Positions 39,080-48,965 of a stretch of 64,000 nucleotides of DNA are shown piece after piece. Position numbers and translations under genes: made by a program. The notes under the pieces were generated by a model that saw only the letters and a list, made by a program, of their open reading frames with translations, was not told where the DNA came from and searched no databases. The DNA is from an uncultured bacterium (GTDB taxonomy: Bacteria; Krumholzibacteriota; Krumholzibacteriia; LZORAL124-64-63): the NCBI GenBank assembly GCA_963727525.1, contig CAVSGO010000007.1:352001-416000 (forward strand). The letters run 5' to 3'. Positions within the stretch are counted from its first letter, which is position 1; every line of letters begins with the position of its first letter.

Positions 39080-39643
39080 TCAGTCCCAGCCGGCCAGCAG
39101 CACGTCGCGCAACCGCTCGGCCGCGCCGGTCGCGAACGTGGCCGACTCGAGCGAGGCGCGGACGTCATCGAGGTGGCGATTGCCGGTCGTCCAGCGGTAC
39201 TGGCGGGCTTGCAGGCCGAATTCGAGCTGGTCGGCATCGTGGACGAGTCTGGCCTCGATGGTCCGGTTTTCCTTGTATTCCCGCATGAGGTCCGCCCACG
39301 GGGTCGCAACCGGCAGGTCCGCGACGAGCACATCGAGGGCCGCGGTCTCGGCCGTCTCCTTCGCGCCAGGGGGCAGGAGTCGCCCGCCCCGGCGCGGAAT
39401 GTCGCCCACGATGCTCTCGGCGAGATCGTGGATCAGCGCCAGGGTGAGGAGCTTCTCGCGGTCGACGGGCAGGTCGGCCATCGCGCTCAGCACCAGCGCG
39501 ACCATGGCCGTGGCGTAGCTGTGGTCTGCCACCGATTCGGGCTGGGGCACGCCCCTCAGGTGCCAGCCGGTGCGTGGCGTCGTCTTGAGGATGCTGGCCT
39601 GTTGCAACAGCTCCAGCCAGCGCTGGTCATCGCGAATGGACAT
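39080..39643 (-). CDS. HD-domain 5'-deoxynucleotidase-like hydrolase (YfbR/HDDC2 family)
   Basis: LK...RTGW...ESVADHS...ALIHDLAESIVGDI...DAD.LE. Confidence 0.88.
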   Translation of the reverse strand: MSIRDDQRWLELLQQASILKTTPRTGWHLRGVPQPESVADHSYATAMVALVLSAMADLPVDREKLLTLALIHDLAESIVGDIPRRGGRLLPPGAKETAETAALDVLVADLPVATPWADLMREYKENRTIEARLVHDADQLEFGLQARQYRWTTGNRHLDDVRASLESATFATGAAERLRDVLLAGWD

Positions 39644-39768
39644 CGGCTCGTCTCCCGGGTAGGATGCTCGTCGAGCGGGCCGGCGGGCGGCGCAGCGGGT
39701 GCGCTGCGACCCAGACGATAACGCGCCGTGACACCGATGGCCACGCGCTGGCAGGAAGGAGATGGCTC

Positions 39769-40602
39769 GTGAGCGAGCAACCAGGACCGCGGGATGCCCG
39801 GACACGCATCGCCGATCTGATCACGGCGCGCACGGCGACGTCGGCGGGCGATTGGGTGAGTCACGGCGACGCGCCCGAGTTCTGGGGTGACCTCCAGCTC
39901 CTCGCCGGCCCGGATCTGGACGACGATCTCGTGTATCGCGCCTGGGATCCCGAACTCATGCGCCGTATCGTCGTGAAGCTGCTGCCCACGTCGCCAGAGC
40001 TCGCCACCCAGGTCGACACGTACATGGCCCGGGCGCTGGCGCTGGCGACAATCGCGCATCGCCACCTGCTGGGCGTCCTCGGCGCCGAGGTCCACGCCGG
40101 GCGCGCCGGTCTGCGCCTCGAACTGGTGGAGGGGTACGACCTCGCCCATCTGGTACGGCGTGGCGGTCCGCTCCCGGCGGCCGACGTCACCCGCGTCGCT
40201 GCGGAGATCGGTAGCGCGCTGGCGGCCGTGCACGCGGCCGGTCAGATCCATGGGTCCGTGTCGGCCCGTCACGTTCGCACGCGTCCCGACGGCTCGCTCG
40301 TGCTCATGGAGCCAAGCCTCGGTGAGCCGGCGGCGCCGGTGCGCCCGAGCGTGCCGCGCGGCTTCATCGCGTGCGAGGTGCTGGCCGGAGCAATACCGAA
40401 CGCGGCGACCGACGTGTTCGGGCTCGGGGCCACGCTCTGCTACGCGCTTTGCGGCCACACGCCCGACGAGGCCGGCGACGTCGATCTGGAAGCCTTGCGA
40501 CCCGACGTGGCGCCGTCCCTGCTCGCGGCCGCGCGGCGCGCCATCGCCGTCGATCCGGCCGAGCGCGGATCCGCCGCCGACGCCGCCGCGGCCGCCGCGT
40601 AG
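39769..40602 (+). CDS. Hanks-type Ser/Thr kinase-fold protein, probably a pseudokinase
   Basis: VYRAWD..L.R.VVK, HRHL, ELVEG.DL, DVFGLG.TL retained; HRD and DFG degenerate; GTG after AGGAG. Confidence 0.7.
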   Translation: MSEQPGPRDARTRIADLITARTATSAGDWVSHGDAPEFWGDLQLLAGPDLDDDLVYRAWDPELMRRIVVKLLPTSPELATQVDTYMARALALATIAHRHLLGVLGAEVHAGRAGLRLELVEGYDLAHLVRRGGPLPAADVTRVAAEIGSALAAVHAAGQIHGSVSARHVRTRPDGSLVLMEPSLGEPAAPVRPSVPRGFIACEVLAGAIPNAATDVFGLGATLCYALCGHTPDEAGDVDLEALRPDVAPSLLAAARRAIAVDPAERGSAADAAAAAA

Positions 40603-40668
40603 TGCCCGCGCTCGCGATGTGGTAGACTCTCGGGTGTCGGTACGGTCCCCGGCATGGGAGAGTCGATC

Positions 40669-43600
40669 ATGCGCGTTTGCCTATGGTTTTGCGCGGTCCT
40701 GGCGTGCGGCGCGGCCACGAACGCCCTCGCGGTCGGTCGCGGCGTCGTCATTGCGGATTTCGAGTCGGGCAGCGTGGCGTTGCAGAGCTACCCGGGGCAG
40801 GATGCCGACCCGGAAGGCTGGGCCCTCGTCGACGAGAACACCCACGACGGCTCGGCCTGGAGTCTGCGCCTCACCGGCAACACCTGGAAGATCATGCCAG
40901 TCGCCCCGGTCGCGCTCACCGACACCACGGTGTGGCAGGTGGCGGTGTTCTGCGAGGACCTCGGCGAGATGCACGCCTTCGGCGTGGGGGACGGGCAGCA
41001 CGAGCTGTTCTACACCGCCTGGGGCGAGGATCTGCCGCCGGACACGAACTGGTGGACCGTGTACCAGGGCGCTTTTCCGCGTCGCGCGTGGCACGTGTTC
41101 CTGCTGCCTCTTGGCGAGGACTGGCAGACGACGTTCGGGTACGCGCCGACCCTCGATCGTCTCTTCTTCGTGAACGACGACGACGCCGACGATGCCGCGA
41201 CCACGCTCTTCGACACGGTCGTCGACGTCACCGGCGATCTGCCGCATTCGCCGCGCTGCCGCATCCTCTACACCATCGACTCGCAGCGCAAGGTGGCGGC
41301 CGACCTCTACCAGGTGGGCGTGCAGTTCCACGCCGAGGTCTTCGATCCCGACAGTGACACCGTCACCCTGGCCTGGGACTTCGGCGACAGCACGGGCAGC
41401 GACGAGACGGATCCAGTGCACGAGTTCCTCGTGCACGCCAGCTATCCCTACACCGTGAGCCTCGCCGCCACCGACCCCGATGGCCTGGCGGCGGGCGACA
41501 CCTGCCAGGTGGAGGTGGATCCGGGCGCACCGGACCGCCCGCTCACCGTGAACTTCGTGGGCGACATCATGACGGGGCGCAGCTACGAGGCGCCGGGCGG
41601 CATCATCGACGCCGATGGCGTGGAATCGATCTTCGCGCCCACCCTGCCCATCCTGGGCGACGCCGCCGACGTCAGCGTCGCCAACCTGGAGGTCTCGTAC
41701 ACGGATCGCGGCACGCCCCATCCCACGAAGAGCGTGGTGTTCCGCAGCCGCCCGGAGAACCTCGACGGCATCCGGTTCGCCGGCATCGACCTCGTGACCA
41801 TCGGCAACAACCACATCATCGACTACGGCGAGATCGGCATGCTCGACACGATGGCCGGACTCGACGAACGCGGCATTCGCTACAGCGGCGCCGGCGTGAA
41901 CGAGTACTTCGCACTGCTACCCTGCTACTGGACCGAGCGCGGCGTACGCCTCGCGTTCCTGGGCCAGAGCAACCGCACCGGTCGCCAGTGGAACTACCAG
42001 CCGTTCCTCGATGCCGGTTACGACAAGCCCGGCTTCGCGTACGAGCTGCCCGCCAACCTCGAGAAGGCCATCGACCACGTGCGCGACCTCGCCGATGTCG
42101 TGATCGTGCAGACCCACAGCGGCGACGAGTACCAGATCACGCCGCCGGACGATCGCGCCGGGCCGCCACCGCGGGTGGAAGACCCGGTGTTGCTTCCCGG
42201 TGCGCCCGACATCCGCTTCCGCAACGAGCCCACGCCGGGCGAGCGCGAGCTGCGTCGTCTCGCCGTCGATCTGGGCGCCGACGTGCTCATCAACCATCAT
42301 CCGCATGTGCTGCAGGGTTTCGAGAGCTACCACGGCAAGCTCATCATGCACAGCCTCGGCAACTTCGTCTTCGACCTCTACTACCCCGAGACCATGCCCA
42401 CCCTGGTGCTCACCCTGGAGATCACGAAGGACGGCATCGTGGGTCAGCGCTTCGCGCCGGCCTGGATCGATCGTTATATCCCGCGGCCGGCCACCGGGCA
42501 GCTCGCGCGCGAGATCATCGACCGCATGGCCGACTACTCGCGGCCCATGAACGCGCTCGTGGTGCCGGACTACGCGCATTCCACGGCGCGTGTGCTTCTC
42601 GCGCGCGACGAGGTCGACTCCCTCGTCGTGTCGCGCGCCTATGAGCTGGCGCTCGTCGCCCAGGACGGATGGGCCACGAGCGCTCCCGTGCGGGCTGCGG
42701 GCGATGGATACCTCAGCGGCATCACGTCGGTGACTGGCGACGGTGCGGGTTGGGAAGTGCGCTGGGGTCGTGAGATCCTCTGGCACGGCGGCTTCGAGGC
42801 CGAGGGCGCGTCGCTCTGGGACATCAACACGTCCGACGAGTGGCTCGACACGACGGTGGCCCACGACGGCACGACGAGCCTCGCGTTGCGGCGAGATCAT
42901 GACGGTGGCGGCCAGACGGGCACTGACCTGATCCGCCACCTGCCCTGCGACCCCGCGCGCGAGCACAGCGCCGGCGGCTGGTTGCGCACCGAGAACGCCG
43001 GACAGGCGCGCACCATGGTGCGCTTCTACGACAGCCGCGGCAGCGAGTCGCCCCTGTCGAGCACCGATCTCGCCGACCCCGTCGATGGCACCACCGGCTG
43101 GACGTACCAGTGGCGCGACCTCGCGACACCCTCCGGTGCGATCTACTTCGAGCTACGTGCTGGCCTGGAGCCGCCCTCAGCCGGGTCGGCGCTGGCCTGG
43201 TACGACGACCTCGCCCTCGTGGAATGGGAGCCCTGGCAGCCGGCCGGCGCGGCTCTCGCGATCGCCGCGCCCAACAACCAGCGCTACCTGCAGGTGCGGT
43301 GCGGCACACCCGAAGCGACCAGCGCCGTGCTCGTCACCAGCGAGACCGTCTACGATGCGGTGCTGACGCCTGCGCCGGACGCAGCGCCGGTGCCGGCGCG
43401 TCCGCGTCTGACGAACCAGCCCAATCCGTTCAACCCCCGGACGACGATCGTGCTCGACCTGCCCGCGGGCGCATCCGTCGTGCCCGTGACCCTGGCGGTC
43501 TTCGACCTGCGCGGCCATCGGGTGGCGACGCTGTATCGCGGCGATCTGGCCGCCGGTCGCACGCACGGATTCACGTGGGACGGCCGTGATGAATCCGGGC

Positions 43601-43683
43601 GCGGACTGGCCAGCGGCGCCTATTTCGCGCGCGCCGAGATGGGCGAGACGGTATGGACGCGCAAGCTGCTCCTCGTCCGTTGA
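40669..43683 (+). CDS. Secreted CapA/PGA_cap-family metallophosphoesterase with PKD domain and FlgD-Ig CTD
   Basis: VGDIM, ANLE, GNNHIIDYG, HSGDEY, HHPHVLQG, SLGNFVFD; WDFGD (PKD); PNPFNP...WDGRDESGR.LASG.Y. Confidence 0.9.
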   Translation: MRVCLWFCAVLACGAATNALAVGRGVVIADFESGSVALQSYPGQDADPEGWALVDENTHDGSAWSLRLTGNTWKIMPVAPVALTDTTVWQVAVFCEDLGEMHAFGVGDGQHELFYTAWGEDLPPDTNWWTVYQGAFPRRAWHVFLLPLGEDWQTTFGYAPTLDRLFFVNDDDADDAATTLFDTVVDVTGDLPHSPRCRILYTIDSQRKVAADLYQVGVQFHAEVFDPDSDTVTLAWDFGDSTGSDETDPVHEFLVHASYPYTVSLAATDPDGLAAGDTCQVEVDPGAPDRPLTVNFVGDIMTGRSYEAPGGIIDADGVESIFAPTLPILGDAADVSVANLEVSYTDRGTPHPTKSVVFRSRPENLDGIRFAGIDLVTIGNNHIIDYGEIGMLDTMAGLDERGIRYSGAGVNEYFALLPCYWTERGVRLAFLGQSNRTGRQWNYQPFLDAGYDKPGFAYELPANLEKAIDHVRDLADVVIVQTHSGDEYQITPPDDRAGPPPRVEDPVLLPGAPDIRFRNEPTPGERELRRLAVDLGADVLINHHPHVLQGFESYHGKLIMHSLGNFVFDLYYPETMPTLVLTLEITKDGIVGQRFAPAWIDRYIPRPATGQLAREIIDRMADYSRPMNALVVPDYAHSTARVLLARDEVDSLVVSRAYELALVAQDGWATSAPVRAAGDGYLSGITSVTGDGAGWEVRWGREILWHGGFEAEGASLWDINTSDEWLDTTVAHDGTTSLALRRDHDGGGQTGTDLIRHLPCDPAREHSAGGWLRTENAGQARTMVRFYDSRGSESPLSSTDLADPVDGTTGWTYQWRDLATPSGAIYFELRAGLEPPSAGSALAWYDDLALVEWEPWQPAGAALAIAAPNNQRYLQVRCGTPEATSAVLVTSETVYDAVLTPAPDAAPVPARPRLTNQPNPFNPRTTIVLDLPAGASVVPVTLAVFDLRGHRVATLYRGDLAAGRTHGFTWDGRDESGRGLASGAYFARAEMGETVWTRKLLLVR

Positions 43684-43699
43684 GGGGCCGCGACTCTCA

Positions 43700-43879
43700 G
43701 CCCACCTTATTCATGCTATCGCTACTGCGGCGGCGTCACGGTCTCTGTGAGCGGGCTTTCTCGGGTTTGCTTCGGTCACCGTACCCCAGCGGGTACGGCT
43801 CCCTCACAAACCCTGCGAGATCCCGCTCACAGAGACCGTTCCACTCGCCTCGCTACACGATAGCATGAATAAGGTGGGC
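43700..43879. mobile_element. MITE-like nested inverted-repeat element
   Basis: Perfect terminal inverted repeat (43699-43721/43858-43880), inner stems, flanked by direct TCA (or CTCAG) duplications; no coding capacity. Confidence 0.65.
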
Positions 43880-45775
43880 TCAGCGCGAGCACCCGATGGA
43901 CAGGGCGCCAATCCGGCCGCAGCCGCTGCCACCGGGATGGTTGCCCTCCGCGCAAGGACTGTCCGCCCGCAGGTGGTAGTCGCCGCCCGCCACGTCGCAG
44001 ACCAGGGGATCGTCGGCGAGGTTGCCCTCGCCGATCGCCACCTCCGGCGGCCAGGCATCGGCGGTGTTGCCGAAGACGTCGCCGCAGGTCACGCCGAGAT
44101 GGGCGCCCGCGAACAGATCGCATACGCCGCCGCCAGTATTCCAGGCCACGAGGCACGCCGACATCTCGACCTGCCCCTCCCGCTGGGTTCCGTACTGATC
44201 GGTGGCGTAGCCCACGCGCAGGGCGGCGCCGAGAGGGGCGCTATTGGCCACGAGAGAGCAGCGGTCGATCCGCGTGGGCGCAGTCGGGTCGCCGGTGATG
44301 CCGTAGCCGTAGACAGCCACGCCGCCGCCGCGCTCGCTGGCCTCGTTGCCGGCCACGACGCAATCCTCGAGGTGGAGGATGAGGTTGAGACCGGCCACGC
44401 CGCCGCCGCCACCGCCGCTGGTGTTGTCGGTGATCACGCAGCGGCGGACCACGGGTGCGTCGGCGGCGCTGCCCCCATCGCCAGGGCTGTTGACGAGGAA
44501 CACGCCGCCGCCGAAGTCGGTGGCGCTGTTGCCTGTGATGACGCAGTCCTCGATGATCGTGTGACCCCGGCCTCCGTAATAGATGGCGCCGCCATGGCCG
44601 CCGCTGTTCGTGGTGAAGACGCAGTTGCGCACGATGCAATTGTTCAGGTGGTAGGTGAGCCCGCCGGCCTTGGGGCTGTCACCGTCCGCCGGTGTGGACG
44701 TGCCGTTGGTGATCGTGAAGCCGTCGATGATCACGCCATCGTTGTAGCCCTGGATGAAGAGCACGCGACCCCGTCCCTCGGCGTCGAGAATCGTCGCCCC
44801 GGGGCCGGCGTCGCTCGCGAGCGTGATGCCGGTGCGGTTGCGCGCGATGAAGATCATGCCGAGGTCGTGCATCGGGCCGCCCTGATTCGTCCACGTGTAC
44901 CGGCCCGGCCCCACGAGGATGAGGTCGCCGTCGGCGGCCAGCGTGAGGGCGGCGGCGATGGTGGGCGTATCGCCTGAGCCGTCGGCCGTGACGCGCCAGG
45001 TCTGACCGCCGGGCGGCGTGGATGTGACGATGTCGGACAACGCGCTGACGTTGCCGGCGTCGTCGCCGGCGCGGACCGCGACGTAGTATGTCGTGGCGGC
45101 GTCGAGCTGGTCCAGGGTGGCGCGCAGGCGTCCCGCCACCGGCCCGGGCTGCACGGTCGCGGCCGCCGCCGCGTCCCAGTTTGCCGCCGAGAGTGGTGTG
45201 GATGCGTAGCGGACGTCGTAGAGAGTCGCGTCGCCATACGGACCGTCATCGCCGGTGGTGCTCCACTCCACCATGAGCTGGTTCCCGCTGCGCCAGCGGG
45301 CCTCGAGATCGGGGACGGCTGCGGGCGGCGTGAGATCGAGCCGGGAGTCGGCACTGGCGACCACGAGGTTCGAGAGGTCGGACCACTGCGCGTGATCGAC
45401 CGTCGCACGTAAGCGGAACACGTACGTGGCGCCGGTCGCGAGGCCGTCGACGGTGGCCGACTGGCCGGTGCCGGGAGCGGCGGGTGCCGGCACGCCGGCG
45501 ACCGGGCTCCAGTGGGCGAAATCATCGCTCTGCTGGCCGTAGAGGGCCCGACGCAGGTCGTATCCCGCCACGGGGCCATCGCCGCTGGCGAGGCCGGGGG
45601 CCGTCCAGGTCAGGGTTATGGAGGTCGCGGAGCCAGCCGTGGCGTGCAGGTCGTTGACCCGGGCCGGCGTGCCGGTCGGTCCGGGGGCGGAACCGCCGTC
45701 GTTGCTTCCTCCGCAACCAGTTGCCAGGAAATATATTAGAACAATCAATGCGGAACTTCGGCGGCCATCGATCAT
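43880..45775 (-). CDS. Lipoprotein with two FN3 domains and a right-handed parallel beta-helix
   Basis: Lipobox LATGC; LTWTAPG...YDLR and WSTTGDDG...YDVRY...YYVAVRA.D.AGN.S.LS; repeated C....N.....GGG; DYHLRADSPC. Confidence 0.85.
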   Translation of the reverse strand: MIDGRRSSALIVLIYFLATGCGGSNDGGSAPGPTGTPARVNDLHATAGSATSITLTWTAPGLASGDGPVAGYDLRRALYGQQSDDFAHWSPVAGVPAPAAPGTGQSATVDGLATGATYVFRLRATVDHAQWSDLSNLVVASADSRLDLTPPAAVPDLEARWRSGNQLMVEWSTTGDDGPYGDATLYDVRYASTPLSAANWDAAAAATVQPGPVAGRLRATLDQLDAATTYYVAVRAGDDAGNVSALSDIVTSTPPGGQTWRVTADGSGDTPTIAAALTLAADGDLILVGPGRYTWTNQGGPMHDLGMIFIARNRTGITLASDAGPGATILDAEGRGRVLFIQGYNDGVIIDGFTITNGTSTPADGDSPKAGGLTYHLNNCIVRNCVFTTNSGGHGGAIYYGGRGHTIIEDCVITGNSATDFGGGVFLVNSPGDGGSAADAPVVRRCVITDNTSGGGGGGVAGLNLILHLEDCVVAGNEASERGGGVAVYGYGITGDPTAPTRIDRCSLVANSAPLGAALRVGYATDQYGTQREGQVEMSACLVAWNTGGGVCDLFAGAHLGVTCGDVFGNTADAWPPEVAIGEGNLADDPLVCDVAGGDYHLRADSPCAEGNHPGGSGCGRIGALSIGCSR

Positions 45776-45975
45776 CGTCCATTCCTCCGTCGCTCGCCGG
45801 CGACCACCACCGGGGACCATCATGGTACGGAATTCGAATCGCTCCGAGAATACTCTCCCCAATTTTGCAGAGATGTGCTATCATCGTCCGACGAGTTGAA
45901 TCCCCAGGGGGATCATTTGCAGTTCTGTGCACAACCCTGGATCCGAGAGCCCCGTGTAGCGTAAGGAGAGATGCC

Positions 45976-46596
45976 ATGTTCCGGAACCCCACCGTCGTGT
46001 TCACGATTGTCGTTGCACTCGTCCTGTCGACGGCTGTCGCCTTCGCCGAGATTCCCGACCTGGACCTGAGCACGGCCAGCGTCGCCACGTCGGGCGCGGT
46101 GCTCTTCAGCCGGATCGACGGCAACGGCGATGCCTTCACCATGGCCCACATGGGCGGCGTCGAGGTCGACGCGACCATCACCCTGAACCTGCACAACTAC
46201 CTCGACGATCCGCTGGTGAACTACCCGGCCGAGGACCTGTGGCTGGAGACCAGCGCGGGCGGCCTGATGGGATGCACGCCGCTGATCGCCGACGCGCCGA
46301 CGGATGCGGCTGGCCAGACGATGTGGCAGCAGCCGATTCCGGCCGGTGGCTGCAGCATCGGCGAGACCGTGAACGTGATGGTGGCGGGCAACCCGCTGAA
46401 CCATGCGGGCATGGCTCTGGAGTTCGTGTCTGGCGACCTGAACAGCGACTTCGTGGTGAACCTGGCGGACCTTTCGGTGTTCGCGACCGCGTACCAGGGC
46501 ACCTACAGCGCCTGCTCGGACCTGTTCGCCGACGGTATCATGAACCTGACGGACCTGTCGTACTTCGCGGCTTCGTACGGCAACGTCTGCCCGTAG
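45976..46596 (+). CDS. Small secreted protein with C-terminal dockerin/EF-hand-like Ca-binding repeats
   Basis: AAGGAG RBS; signal peptide ending AFA; DLNSDFVVNLADLS.F and DLFADGIMNLTDLS.F. Confidence 0.75.
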   Translation: MFRNPTVVFTIVVALVLSTAVAFAEIPDLDLSTASVATSGAVLFSRIDGNGDAFTMAHMGGVEVDATITLNLHNYLDDPLVNYPAEDLWLETSAGGLMGCTPLIADAPTDAAGQTMWQQPIPAGGCSIGETVNVMVAGNPLNHAGMALEFVSGDLNSDFVVNLADLSVFATAYQGTYSACSDLFADGIMNLTDLSYFAASYGNVCP

Positions 46597-46622
46597 TTCC
46601 CGCGCTCACGGCGGAACGTACG

Positions 46623-46662
46623 GCCGGAGGAAGAGACCAGTCTCTTCCTCCGGCTTTTTTTT
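46623..46662 (+). terminator. Intrinsic terminator
   Basis: GCCGGAGGAAGAGA / TCTCTTCCTCCGGC stem followed by T8. Confidence 0.9.
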
Positions 46663-46803
46663 GCTCCGGATCGACGACCCGGGAGCGAACACGCGTTGGG
46701 AGTTGGATTTCCGCCCTCGCGTGTTCTATCGTTGGCGGACCGAAACAGGCCGGCGCCGGATCCCCGGTGCCGTTGCCAGGCCCGCCATATCAGGAGGTCG
46801 TCC

Positions 46804-48042
46804 GTGTCCGATGTCCGTCCGTTCCGGGGGCTGCGGCCCCGGCCCGATCTGGTCGCGCAGGTCGCCAGCCCACCGTATGACGTGCTGAACTCGGCCGAGG
46901 CGCGCGAGATGGCCGCCGGCAATCCCTTCAGTTTCCTGCACGTGACCAAGGCGGAGATCGACCTTCCCGTCGACCTGGACGTGCACAGCGACGTCGTCTA
47001 CGAGAAGAGCGCGGAGGCCTTCCGCCGCATGTGCGACGAGGGCATCTTCGTGCGTGACGCCGCGCCGAGCTTCTACGTGTACAAGCTGCGCATGGGTGAC
47101 CACGAGCAGCGCGGCCTCGTCATCGGGGCGAGCGTGCAGGAATACGAGGACGGCCTGATCAAGAAGCACGAGCTCACGCGACGCGAGAAGGAAGATGACC
47201 GGGCGCAGCATGTGGAGAAGCTGCGCGCCAATGCCGGGCCCGTGTTGCTCACCTGCCGGCGCCAGGCCGACATCGCCGCCATCGTCGCGCGGGTCTGCGC
47301 CGATGCGCCCACGGTGGATTTCACGGCGCCGGACGGCATCGGGCACACGCTATGGCCGATCTGCGACGTGCAGACGGTGGCGGATCTGCAGGCCGCCTTC
47401 GCGCGGGTCGACGCGCTCTACGTGGCCGATGGCCACCACCGCACGGCTTCCGCGTTCCGGGTGCGCAACCTCATGCGCGAGCGCAATCCGCATCACCGCG
47501 GCGACGAGGCGTACAACCATTTCCTGGCCGTGGTCTTTCCCGACGACGAGCTGCAGATCATGGGCTACCATCGCGTGGTCCAGGACTTGGGCGGGCTGAG
47601 CGGCGAGGACTTCCTCGGGCGCGTGCGCGAGCGCTTCGACGTGGCGCCCACCACCAAGCCCGAGCCGGCGGACGCGCGTCGCTATGGCATGTACCTCGAT
47701 GGTCAGTGGTACCGACTGACGGCACGGGAGGGCACGTTCCCCGCCGACCATCCCGTGCGCAGCCTCGACGCGAGCATCCTGCAGGAGAACCTGCTGGCGC
47801 CCATACTCGGCATTCAGGATCCGCGCACGGACAATCGCATCGACTTCGTCGGCGGCATTCGCGGGACGCGCGAACTGGAGCGCCGCTGCCAGCACGACAT
47901 GCGCGTGGCCTTCGCACTGTATCCCGTGAGCTGTGCTCAACTCATGGCGATCGCGGATGCGGGCGAGATCATGCCGCCGAAATCGACCTGGTTCGAACCC
48001 AAGCTGCGCTCGGGCGTCGTGGTGAGAACACTCGACGACTGA
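46804..48042 (+). CDS. DUF1015 family protein
   Basis: SPPYDV, KKHELT, YVADGHHR.A, MPPKSTWFEPKL.SG; GTG after AGGAGG; adjacent to serA and serC. Confidence 0.9.
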   Translation: MSDVRPFRGLRPRPDLVAQVASPPYDVLNSAEAREMAAGNPFSFLHVTKAEIDLPVDLDVHSDVVYEKSAEAFRRMCDEGIFVRDAAPSFYVYKLRMGDHEQRGLVIGASVQEYEDGLIKKHELTRREKEDDRAQHVEKLRANAGPVLLTCRRQADIAAIVARVCADAPTVDFTAPDGIGHTLWPICDVQTVADLQAAFARVDALYVADGHHRTASAFRVRNLMRERNPHHRGDEAYNHFLAVVFPDDELQIMGYHRVVQDLGGLSGEDFLGRVRERFDVAPTTKPEPADARRYGMYLDGQWYRLTAREGTFPADHPVRSLDASILQENLLAPILGIQDPRTDNRIDFVGGIRGTRELERRCQHDMRVAFALYPVSCAQLMAIADAGEIMPPKSTWFEPKLRSGVVVRTLDD

Positions 48043-48078
48043 GCCCCGTCGCGTCACGGGACGTGAAAGGAGAGTCAC

Positions 48079-48963
48079 ATGTTGATTCTGATCTCCGATG
48101 CCTTCGACTCGTCCTTGCCTCAGAGACTCGCACGTTTCGGCGAGGTGACCGACGATCAGGCCCGGCTGGCCGACGCCGACGTCGTCCTCATCCGCAGCAA
48201 GACGAAGTGCACGCCCGAGTGGTTCGCCAGGGCGCCGAAGGTGAAGCTCATCATCCGCGGCGGCGTGGGCATGGACAACATCGACCGCGAGTATGCCAAG
48301 GCCCACGGCATCGCGGCCGTCAACACGCCGAAAGCCTCGAGCGTGGCGGTGGCCGAGCTCGCCTTCGGTTTGATGCTCGCCGTACCGAACCATCTCGTCG
48401 CAGCCCATACGAGCATGGCGCGGGGCGAGTTCCTCAAGAAAGAACTCAAGCGCACGGAACTGATGGGCAAGACGCTCGGCCTCATCGGCATCGGCAATAT
48501 CGCTCGCGAGGTGGCGATCCGCGCCAAGGCCTTCGGTATGACGGTGAACTACTACGACCCGTTCGTCCCCAGCAGCGACGTCGCCACGGCGGTGCCGAGC
48601 CTGGAGGCGCTGGTCGCCGACGCCGACTACATCTCGATGCACGTGCCGCTGACGCCGGCCACCGAGAACATGATCGACGCGGCGCTCCTGGCGAAGGCGA
48701 AGAAGGGGGTCGTCATCGTGAACACCGGCCGCGGAAAGTGCGTCGCCGCCGCCGACATGGTCGCTGCACTCGCGAGCGGTCAGGTGGCCACCTACGCCAC
48801 CGACGTGTGGCCGAGCGACCCGCCGCCCGCCGACTACCCGTTGCTCAAGGCGCCCAACGTGCTGATGGCGCCCCATATCGGCGCCAGCACGAAGGAGAAC
48901 CTCGGACGCATCGGCAACGAGGTGGAGTCGATCATCGCGGAATTCGTCCAGGGAGGCAAGTAG
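48079..48963 (+). CDS. serA: D-3-phosphoglycerate dehydrogenase (short form) / D-2-hydroxyacid dehydrogenase
   Basis: RGGVGMDNID, VAEL, GKTLGLIGIGNI, NTGRG, PHIGAST; next to serC. Confidence 0.8.
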   Translation: MLILISDAFDSSLPQRLARFGEVTDDQARLADADVVLIRSKTKCTPEWFARAPKVKLIIRGGVGMDNIDREYAKAHGIAAVNTPKASSVAVAELAFGLMLAVPNHLVAAHTSMARGEFLKKELKRTELMGKTLGLIGIGNIAREVAIRAKAFGMTVNYYDPFVPSSDVATAVPSLEALVADADYISMHVPLTPATENMIDAALLAKAKKGVVIVNTGRGKCVAAADMVAALASGQVATYATDVWPSDPPPADYPLLKAPNVLMAPHIGASTKENLGRIGNEVESIIAEFVQGGK

Positions 48964-48965
48964 CC

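Noticed and set aside
47352-48965. Apparent 899-aa N-terminally extended SerC
   Set aside because: The extension overlaps DUF1015 and serA in another frame; the real start is the ATG at 48966 after GGAGG
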